A program made the translations under genes and the position numbers. Shown here one piece after another: positions 24,466 through 36,400 of a stretch of DNA of 64,000 nucleotides (its first letter is position 1; each line of letters starts with the position of its first letter). The notes under the pieces are model-generated. The model worked only from the letters and a program-made list of their open reading frames with translations. It ran no database searches and was not told the origin of the DNA. The DNA lies in the NCBI RefSeq assembly GCF_003918875.1, contig NW_025767546.1:1116001-1180000 (forward strand), written 5' to 3'. Source of the stretch: Haliotis rubra. Taxonomy: Eukaryota.

Positions 24466-27400
24466 TATGTTCTGATTAAAAGACACATATTGTGAAGTGA
24501 TTATACTCTGTGTGTTTATCAATAGTAGTGTTGGTAAACCAAGGGTAGACTGATGTATGGATGAGGTGAGTGTCGACAATAGTGGTGGGGGTCATCAATA
24601 GTAGTGTGGGTACCAAATATACAGCATTCTCTAATGCAAACCCAGCAAAATTCTATGCTTTCTGGTCCTCCTTCCATACACTTTTTGCTAATTATACCAA
24701 TTTAGATGTTCTTTAAATATAACGCAATTTGACAGTACATCTGAATATTTGTATACATATTAGCCTTTGGGTAAAGATAGCAGATATACAGTACAACCAG
24801 AAATTATTGAGAATTTAAGATTGTAAATTTTCATGTATTTATGTGTGTATAGACAATCTAGTGAAGATATGTTTAGGGTAGTCAACTTACTGTAAAACCT
24901 TTTAAAGCTCAATTGATTGTAACAAACTCGTGTCGACAAACTTTGAAAGGTAATAACAAACTAAAGGGTGTGATATTTACTAGATTTATTATATAAAATA
25001 ACTGACAAAAACAAGTTCACTTCAAAGTTGTTTGAACATTTTGTTTATGTTATGCATACAAGAGAGATTAAATAGGCATATGGTATATACAATGACAGGT
25101 ACTGACTTCCTCAAATCTTCAACACATATGTACATACAGTATACTGATAGTACACATAATGTATCCACACTGGTGACTGATACGTCTATCAGAGGATCTA
25201 ATACAATCAAATAAACAGTAATCAATTTGATACCAAATACTGTTTGTTCATGATCAAGAACGGATCATTCTATTGCATTTTGGCTTTATTTCATCGCAGC
25301 TGTGATATGCATAGACAAGAGTTGATCAAAACTACTACTTCATGAAGTAAAACAACAAGGTAATAAATAAAGGGTAAAAGTCTCTAAAGATGGAGATGGG
25401 GATCTGACAGTGTAAAACAACGACCTTGTGTAGAGACGATACAAACATGTAATGGTCATCCAAATGGTTAAGTTGAGAACCAAGTTGAGCAATATAACAA
25501 CATGGTGATCGTTAAGTCAGTCATCTCCATAGTAACTGTTCAAGGAGACTATATCACAGGATGACATCAAAAGGAAAATTCTCGCTATCTGAACATTACC
25601 TTCTTCAGGTAACAAACATGAATGAAAGGAAATTCCTGCCTGTTAAATGCAATATTTGAAAATTCTTTGAGTTAAGTAGTGCCTTATTTAAACATGAGAT
25701 TTTCATAAGAGTATGTCAGTGATGAACATCAGGTAGTCAAGCCAAGTTTGTTGTTTAACACTGGACTGAGCAATATTACAGCTATATGGTGGCAGGCTGT
25801 AAATAAACCCCAAGTTTGGACCAGACAATCCAATGATTGATCTATGAAAGTGGGATACAGTGACATGTGTCTACCAGGGCATGCCCTGCATGTGTGAGGA
25901 AATGTGCTGGAGTCTTACAACAGGTCCACCTGATGGTCCAGGTGTGGTCCACCTACCTGGGTACCAGCTACAGAACTAGGTGAGGATGGCACTAGGTGTA
26001 AATGTACTCAAAGTCATCCAAAGTAGATGAGGTATGTTTAGAGATGAAAATATGTGTTAAAACAACACTTTTAATACGATTATGAAAAGCTGTGTCATAA
26101 AGATACACTTTAATTTGTCAAAGACACTAACAGCATGATATTTTGTATGGCTGCTCAACAGCCAAGATGTAGGCGAAGCCCCTGAGATCTTTGAGAACAC
26201 AACATACCAAGACAGCCATGTTGGATAGTCTCACTGCTGCAGCCAGAGAGCTAGGATATATATTCCACTTAAGTTTGCAAACCTACATACATTTGTTCTT
26301 TTAAAACATCAGAATGAAGGTGCAATAATAAAATAATGGCACACATTAAACAAAATAACCATCCAAATATTTTGATCTGATTTAGTATGTGAGTAGAATG
26401 TTTTGGCAACTTTGTCCTGTAAACTGAAGGCATTCACATTGAGGCTAGTTGATGAAAGGTACTTTCACTATTGTGTAACTATACAGTGAGATATCACAGT
26501 ATGTGACTTGTCATGCGTCTGCTCCATATAGCAGTGAACTTTGGTCTTGGAGACAGATATAATACAGATATCACTTATTCACAACAGTTGATTTCAATCC
26601 AACCCATAAACAATTTCATTGAGATCAGATATTTGACAGCTTTCTAGAATGATTTGACTTCACTTCTATACTGCTCTGACTCGAACATATTTCCACAGAG
26701 AAAGGTAATGTATCGGAGATAAATGTGGTTGATCCCATACATGTACACAGTTTCCTCAGATATGACTTCCCCGGAAAAGAGCATCATGTGATTTGGGACG
26801 ATGGATTTCGAGGTATATGTAATGTAAGCAAACATCACAAGTGCTTCAGAACCACATAACCAGAGTCATTGTCATGGAGATAAGTTGGCAACAGCTACAG
26901 CTTCTTCAAAAGACACTAATAAAATAGTTACAGAATCAAACATTTTGTTCACTCTGTATAAAAACAGTATGTAACACTTGTGGGTTTTTTCAAGTTAAGA
27001 AATTTGAACTATTTTAATCCAGAAGATGTAATTAGATTAGGCTGAGACCCCATGGAGGTCACAACTGTGCCTCGATCGCATGCAGTATTGAAATAATGCC
27101 CTATGGACAAGAAATATATTAAAAATAGATACTAATTTGTTCAAGATACTACCAACTGCATGCTTCCAAACTATTCTTTCTGTTAACATGAAAGTGCGGA
27201 CATTCTGTCGGCGATGACACAGTGAGTAAGAACAGTTGAAACTACAGCAGACTGAAGTTTGTATTGTGTCTCACATAAGACAAGTGAGGTTATGAGAAGA
27301 AGTTGAATGGATACCTAATGCAGATATATGATTCATGAAAGTTGTTGAATCAATACCCAATTCAGATGTACAATTTGCTGGAGGAATCTTTTCTTTCATA

Positions 27401-27498
27401 GCACAATGTGGTGTATGGTTGTTCCGAGTTGGGTGGCACTCTATGAGAGATCTGGCTAGCCACACAAGTGACCTGCAGATTCTTGACCAATGACTAGT

Positions 27499-30400
27499 CT
27501 ATTTGTCCTTCTTGGCTTCAATAACACCATTAGCCGTTACGACGCTACCGTTCCTCTTGTGGCCCCGTGTAGTACCATTTGCAACTTTTCCATTGGCGAC
27601 CTGGGCCTTTGACTCTCCTCCCTGCAGCACAAGCAATTTGTGATGTAGACATGTGAATCAGTAACTGATGGACACGACTTGTAATAAGATGGTTTAGCAG
27701 GCAATGGTTTGATCTGATTAAGACAAAAATGATCTTTGAAGAAATGCTGTATTTTTATTGTGAAAAAGCTGTATCAGGACATACTGTCTTGATTAATTTA
27801 AGCAGGTTTTAAGAAGAAATACTTTTCATCCTTCAAGCTCCAACAAGTTTAAATTGAAAATGAGCTTGATGTTTTTACACCCATGAAAACTGTGTGACTA
27901 TATGGGTCAAGTTCCCCAATCCCTTGTACTTACTGACAGGTCCACTGTGAATGGCTATAAACATGATCTTTGGACTCCTATATACACCTACCCATAATAC
28001 AGCATAGTAACCCTTACCCATTGTATAACCTAATACCTACCCATAATACAGCATAGTAACCCTCACCCATTGTATAACCTAATACCTACCCATAATACAG
28101 CATAGTACCACAGATAGCATAACCCTCACCCATTGTATAACCTAATACCTACCCATAATACAGCATAGTACCACAGATAGCATAGCCCTCACCCATTGTA
28201 TAACCTAATACCTACCCATAATACAACATAGTACCACAGATAGCATAACCCTCACCCATTGTATAACCTAATACCTACCCATAATACAGCATAGTACCAC
28301 AGATAGCATAACCCTCACCCATTGTATAACCTAATACCTACCCATAATACAGCATAGTACCACAGATAGCATAACCCTCACCCATTGTATAATAATACCT
28401 ACCCATAATACAGCATAGTACCACAGATAGCATAACCCTCACCCATTGTATAACCTAATACCCACCCATAATACAGCATAGTACCACAGATAGCATAACC
28501 CTCACCCATTGTATAACCTAATACCTACCCATAATACAGCATAGTACCACAGATAGCATAACCCTCACCCATTGTATAACCTAATACCTACCCATAATAC
28601 AGCATAGTACCACAGATAGCATAACCCTCACCCATTGTATAACCTAATACCTACCCATAATACAGCATAGTACCACAGATAGCATAACCCTCACCCATTG
28701 TATAACCTAATACCTACCCATAATACAGCATAGTACCACAGATAGCATAACCCTCACCCATTGTATAACCTAATACCTACCCATAATACAGCATAGTACC
28801 ACCAATAGCATAACCCTCACCCATTGTATAACCTAATACCTACCCATAATACAGCATAGTACCACCAATAGCATAACCCTCACCCATTGTATAACCTAAT
28901 ACCTACCCATAATACAGCATGGTACCACAGATAGCATAACCCTCACCCATTGTATAACCTAATACCTACCCATAATACAGCATGGTACCACAGATAGCAT
29001 AACCCTCACCCATTGTATAACCTAATACCTACCCATAATACAGCATGGTACCACCAATAGCATAACCCTCACCCATTGTATAACCTAATACCTACCCATA
29101 ATACAGCATGGTACCACCAATAGCATAACCCTCACCCACTGTATAACCTAATACCTACACATAATACAGCATAGTACCACCAATAGCATAACCCTCACCC
29201 ATTGTATAACCTAATACCTACCCATAATACAGCATGGTACCACCAATAGCATAACCCTCACCCATTGTATAACCTAATACCTGCCCATAATACAGCATGG
29301 TACCACCAATAGCATAACCCTCACCCACTGTATAACCTAATACCTGCCCATAATACAGCATGGTACCACCAATAGCATAACCCTCACCCATTGTATAACC
29401 TAATACCTGCCCATAATACAGCATGGTACCACCAATAGCATAACCCTCACCCACTGTATAACCTAATACCTGCCCATAATACAGCATGGTACCACCAATA
29501 GCATAACCCTCACCCATTGTATAACCTAATATCGTACCTACCCTTAACACAGCATAGTACCACATAGCATAACTCTCACCCACTGTATCACATAATACCT
29601 ACCCATAACTAAAGCATATAACCACCCATTGTGAAGTATATTACCCATCTCAAATGGAGCATAGTACCAACCCATTATCCAGCATAATACTCACCCATAC
29701 TAAAGCCTAATACCTAACCATAATAAAGCATAATACCCAATACAGCATAATACCCACCCATAATAAAGCCTAATGTCTCAACCATTATCAAGCCTAATGC
29801 CCACCCTTAAAAATGCATAAGACCCAGCAATAAAGACACTACTATCCAAGTATTTCTGAACTGTAAGTAACCAACCCACAACCATTTCCAGCACTATCAT
29901 GAGAACCATGAGATAACTGTCCTGATGAGGTAACCAACCTCCATCCCCAGAGTCACTGTTCTCTAAGTATGGAAAATCATGTTTTGCCATCAATACTGAA
30001 CCGTCGTGGTGAGGACACCAAGCTGTCCTCAGAGGAAGCAAAGTTTGGGGTCATGGATTTACCTTGGTCTTGGCTGATCGAGATTTCAAGTAGGTGTGGA
30101 AGTAGAAGTTGAGAAACAGAAGAAGAATGGTGAATGCGTAAAATATCAACGCCCAGTGTAGAGCTTCCGGGAAGTCGCAACCTTTACCCAGCGACTGAAC
30201 AGCATGCACGATTCCGGTCACAAACTGAATCTAAAATGGCACAAAAAACAAAAAGCGTAAAAAACAAATTTACCTTTGATTTAGACGTGGGCTTTTTCTT
30301 GAGGTATGCTTGGATGTAAAAGTTGATAAATAGGGTGATAATTGTTATTCCATAGACTAGGCCCGCATACTGCATCCAATTGGGAAAGTCGCACTCTATT

Positions 30401-33400
30401 AACAATCCTTGGATTCCGTACACCATTCCGATAAAGAATTGGAGCTACAAGCAGAAGAGAAATACGCATGCATAAAGGACGTGCCGCAGCACCAAGCTTG
30501 CTTTAGGTCTAGCAATCAGTGAGGATTCATTCACCATTATTTACTGTTACATGGAAGAACGTGAACATTGAACCATGCCTGTCAATATTGTACACTATGT
30601 TAGTTTCATGTAAACCAATGAAAGTCAGGTTGGAAGATATTGCGATATGACAAGGACAAGGAAATAACCTTTTTTACAATGTATGTACATGAGAAAGAGG
30701 AGCATTCTTAATTCCATTTTCAAAATACATAATTTTGTGTTGATTTTTGGACTTCATTTTGATTTCAGTAATTACAATTTGTATCTTATACATACGGTAA
30801 ACTGCCATTGTCATATCATAAGGTTGACGCAGGAATGTATGACTGGAAGTGACAGATAGGAAATGGAATTCCTGGCATGCCTACACAAGATAATCGAAGG
30901 GAGTATGAAACCAGATGTTGCTACCATATTAACATATCTTCTGAACTAGCCATAAAAATTCGCGAATGTATTTATTGGACACACAAAGTTTTCAAGCAGA
31001 GCACAAGTGTGGGTGCAAAAACATGGAAAGTTTTCAAAAGAAACTATTTTAGAAAACATTCCCACACAGATTTCAACTCATTCAGACAGACACATTTCAA
31101 AGGAGAGCACACTTTGAAACACACTTTGTTTCATTTAATTTACCAACTTTCAAACTCTCTGGTTTTAACGAGGATGGTAGGTCAGGGTATTTTTCTGAGA
31201 AGCATTTGACTTTTGTTGAACAGCGCATAAATGTATTAGTATGAGGTGCATTACATCAAGCTTCAGGATCTGTTAGATCAAGCATTAGTTTATAAGAAGC
31301 AGAAGCACCAGCCTAGCACTAGCCATTGCTGATTGAAAGAGGAGAGAAGCAAGAAGAAAGCAAGGGTAAGAGAGGATATCATTGCATGAAACCTACGTGG
31401 CCATGTTGTTTCTGGTTAAACTGATAATCATAACAGTAAATGATGCCCCAAAACAGCCTGATCCATCAAATTGATGATGATGCACAAGTTCTCATTTCGA
31501 TTTTAAAAGTTGTTTTAGTTTCACATTTTCTAAATAGACGTATTCTTGTTGATGTTTTCATGAGACCTCATAGGGATATTACTCATGATCTGGGCATGGT
31601 CTGTCAGTCACCATAGAGCACAGCTTGGTTAGCCAACCTTTGGGCTAAACACTTGATATCCTGATGACCTACCAGTCAATGTTTATTAAGACATTGCACC
31701 TAACTCTAGACCACAGTTAAATTCACAAGAAGAAAACAGACCAGCCATTGGTCACAATGACTACCACTCATTTACAGTGGTGACTGGGTGCCTGAATCGC
31801 ATTTAATGCCTCTGAACAATTAGTTCTATGATGGCTTCTTATCTCAGGTGCCATTGTACAAAGTGATCTTAGCATTAAGGTGATCATAACTCCTATGGCT
31901 TAACATAGACTCGGCGGTGGGATAGCCTAGTGGTTAAAGCGTTGACTCGTCACGCCGAAGGCCCGGGTTCGATTCCCCACATGGGCACAATGTGTTAAGC
32001 CCATTTCTTGTGTCCCCCGCCGTGATATTGCTGGAATATTGCTAAAAGCGGCGTAAAACTAAACTCAGTCAGTCAGTAACATAGACTCACAACAGTTTTA
32101 ACATTGATGTTGCTTTGTACAACGGTACCTAGTGTGGGATATATAGCCATTGTGATGTGGCTTGTGTTCTCAGGTAGCCAATAAGCACAGGTATGGTGCA
32201 AACAAACCAAGGATTATGATTAGTGCAAATGTGGGATAATTTCATTAGATCCTGGCACAGCAAAGGGAGACAACTCTGTTTAATGAATTAAAGCTACCAC
32301 CACTGGGCCATATTTACCTCAAGTGGGTAGTGCGTGGTAGGGTAGAATCACTATCCATCTTGTCTAAGTGGATCAAAGTGGATAGTGATGCCCGGAGGAG
32401 TCTAGTGCAGGATGGGGCTACAGAAGCAGGTACCCAAAGCACAAGGCTGTCATAGAGCTAAGGTGGACATAACTCGGATACTGTAGCATAGGCCTTACAA
32501 CAGTCCTGGTGCTAAGATCATTTTGTGCAACAGGACCATGAAGGACGAAGGATGGGCTACAGAAGGTGGTGGTGGAAATACAGGACGATAAATGCACGTA
32601 AAAGGAAACTAAGGGATATATGGAGGAAAGTAATGGATAATATGTCACTAGGGAAAGTAAACAATATACGAGGGATAATAAACCCAATAACACAGTAAAG
32701 ATGTATCTACAAACATGGTTTCTATGTAAAACTTGATGCTAGGCAAGCTTGTCTGCTAACAACACTAGGTTTGCATGCGTACTTCAATATCCATTGCTAG
32801 CTCCATTCTTACAAGGAAACTAAGGAGAAACCACTCTGTGATGGTATATCATCTTCACAAATGTGACATATGAAAATGCAGATTAATCTTCACTCCACAC
32901 AGGATTCATAACTGACAGAATGTGGAGGTAACCTGTTGTCATGACATACCATCACCCTGATTAATGAACAAATGTTATATATCAGAATACAAAACTAGGC
33001 TGCATTGGTGGATCCAGAGGGGGGGTTCAGGTTCCCACCCCCACCCCCGAAAATGACTTAAGACCACATTGAAGATTTTTGGGGGGGGTTCAGGGTGTTC
33101 GAAAAAAAACCCACCAACCCCCCCACCCTCGAAATTCCAGGATCCGCCTATGGGCTGGACTATTTCTCAAAACAAGAAAATGAAGTGTACTAAAAAGTAA
33201 ATGAATAAAAACTAAATGTTACAAAATGGGATAAAATGGATTAAAACAAGGTTAAATTATGAATTGAAAATATTACAAAATAGGTCAGGAAGGAAGAGAT
33301 GGGAAAAACAAGCAAAACATTTATATCATTTGCAAAATATCTCACTAAGTACGATCAAGATTAGAATTAGTAACCCATGCTTGTCGTAAGAAGCAACTAA

Positions 33401-36400
33401 CAGGATCGGGTGGTCAGGCTCACTGACTCCCAGTTGCATAGATCCATGCTCATACTGTTGATAATTCTATTGTCTGGTCCAAATTCGATTATTTTTAGAC
33501 CACCACCATATAGCTGGAATATTGCTGAGTGTGGCATTAAACAATAAAGAAAGAAAACAAACCAAACATTCAAGTATATGCTCTACAGGCAAAAACACTC
33601 TATGGCAACTCAACTAGAAGCATCTTTGTCACTGTGAATCATGGATCATGGAAGTCCGTCAAGATCCGGGTTAGAATTGGTCTTCAGTAACCCATGCTTA
33701 TCGTAAGAGGCAACTAACGGGATCGGGTGGTCACTATCCCGACACAAAGAATTAAAACATTCCATCACCTGTCACTTCAGAATGACCTTTACTCTGACCG
33801 ATTCCAAATGCTGGACATTGTCTACATCTCACTTAAATGGGATAAACATTTGAAAGGAAGAGATTTTCAGAGCCTATGGGATGTAATTAAGTACAATTTT
33901 AGCCATTTATTGGCGATTCCAGAATTTCCTTTTTTCATATTTCATATTCTGAATCACCCCCATTTTCAAACTAGTGCTGGTAAATTTAAGAATGCAGTTT
34001 AAGCATTTGCTTTTGGATATACAAATGTTGACTTCCTGTCAGTTATTTCATTCGGCTGGTTGAAGTTTGCAGAAGACGTCTCTGACGTGACATGTAATGT
34101 TATGTCCTAAGACTTATTGCTTTGCAGAAGCAAGAACTAAGATCTGATTAATATGAAATTTCCCTTCAACAGTGTAACCTGCATATGAACAAAACTATGC
34201 AAAGATGTGGCATCAACTAACAACAGAATACTCTAAACGGTAAACGTAGCGATGACACAAAAAGAAAGAGCTTCAAAATCTGATCATGAATTATTGAAAA
34301 CAAACAGCACTAAACACCAAATAAGTGGTCAAATAGCTAATGTAGGAAGAATTAATTCTAACCACATTTACAATCTACACTATCTACCAAGTTAATAACT
34401 ATCAAAGTTAATGCAGAAGTTCATCTGGGTCAATTCCAACGAAATGGACCTAACATTTTTCAGACAGTGGTCTACCCAGAATGCATGGACATACAGGTGT
34501 ATCACTCATCTTGCCCACAAACTTCAGGATCCCTTGGGCTTTTTTAGAATAGTAATATGTAAAATTATCAAAACCAATGGCTCTTATCCCTGCCATGAAG
34601 TTGTAATCAGTGCTTTCTGCTGATAGCAAGGTGTCCTTGAACTATAACAAGTGGCCTTGACCTTTATCTACATTCCAGTATGGAGTGAGCGAGAAACACA
34701 CTGCACTTTGTGTTATGGGGAAACCAATGGACTGAGAATGCTGACACATGCATGCCCTTGTGGTACACTCAAGACAGCTGCCCACACTCGCATGTCCAGC
34801 AGGATTGGGTGACCCAATTTCAGTTGGTGCCAGAAAATCTGATACATTATTCCATCAAATAATGATGTGTGATGGTGCACAATCCTGCCACTCATGTGTC
34901 AGCTATCTCAGCCCTACACCGGTCAACAGCATGCAGTAACAGTCAAACAAGGACTCACCAGTTGGAGTTTGGTCAGGTAGCGCTTCCACCAAAGGTATTT
35001 TTGGTACTCTGGTCCAAGAGCCGACACGCCGTAGTATGTGTACATCACAACATGGATGAATGAGTTGATCATGGCACCGAAGAAGGCTGGAAAGTCAACA
35101 TTTACAGGAAGGTCAAATCAATTTATTGGACAATTATCAAAGATTATAATGCATAAGCCATAGGCTTAAAAAGACCTTCTCCTCAAATACACTCTTCTTT
35201 GTCATTAAGATTTTGTTCATTTATTACTAGTGTAGGATTGAGATTTCTATCATGGTGTTAACTAATATTACAAAAACAAAGATCCTCCACTTCTTAATTT
35301 TAGGTTGCCCCTCTCAAAATCATTATTCTTTTTTTTTAAACATATCTTTGTTCTCGTCTTGTTTTCAAACTTGAATGCGTGACCCTAAATTGAGCATGTA
35401 TTTCAAAATTTTGTTTTTAATGAAATCATCCACACACAAAAACATCAGTCCAATAAAAGATCTTGAACGAAAATATCTTGTACCCTGTGTGTATTCAGTA
35501 AAAGAATAGAGTTGGTTCAATATGTTCTGGTATACTCACACTGTCCGCCGGCCACCCACTTGATGCCGATCCACCAGATGGGAAACATGGAGGCGTGGTG
35601 GTACACGTGCAGGAAACTCACTTGGTTGTCCTTCTTCCGCAGCATGATGAAGAATATAGTGTCCAACATCTCCACACACTTGGAGAAGTAAAACCACCAC
35701 AGAGCACTGGCTATCTGGAGGCCAAACACAGACACGTTACACAGGCTCTCACAGACAATACAGGCTGATAACAGACACGTTACACAGGCACTCACAGACA
35801 CGTTACACAGGCACTCGCAGACAATACAGGCTGATAACAGACACGTTACACAGGCACTCACAGACAATACAGGCTGATAACAGACACGTTACACAGGCAC
35901 TCACAGACACGTTACACAGGCACTCACAGACAATACAGGCTGATAACAGACACGTTACACAGGCACTCACAGACAATACAGGCTGATAACAGACACGTTA
36001 TACAGGCACTCGCAGACAATACAGGCTGATAACAGACACATTGTACAGGCACTCACAGACAATACAGGCTGATAACAGACACGCTACACAGGCTGATAAC
36101 AGACAATACAGGCTGATAACAGACACGCTACACAGGCACTCACAGACCCGCACAGGCACTCGCAGACAATACAGGCTGATAACAGACATGTTACACAGGC
36201 ACTCGCAGACAGTACAGGCTGATAACAGAATACACGTTACACAGGCATAACAGACACAGGCACTCACAGGCGTTACACGGGCACTGCAGACAATACAGGC
36301 TGATAACAGACACGTTACACAGGCACTCGCAGACAGTACAGGCTGATAACAGACACGCTACACAGGCACTCACAGACAACACAGGCTCGTGAGATAACAG

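Noticed and set aside
31285-31400. Purine-rich patch whose minus strand gives a hydrophobic frame ([10 protein letters not shown]...LVLLLLIN*) as a fourth exon-7 copy
   Set aside because: Weak acceptor, wrong length, and no CDFP or NFY register match.
31913-31985. tRNA genes suggested by A/B boxes (also 5842, 51148, 53313)
   Set aside because: These are SINE heads: no complete cloverleaf, and they are followed by SINE body and tail with TSDs or enclosed by inverted repeats.
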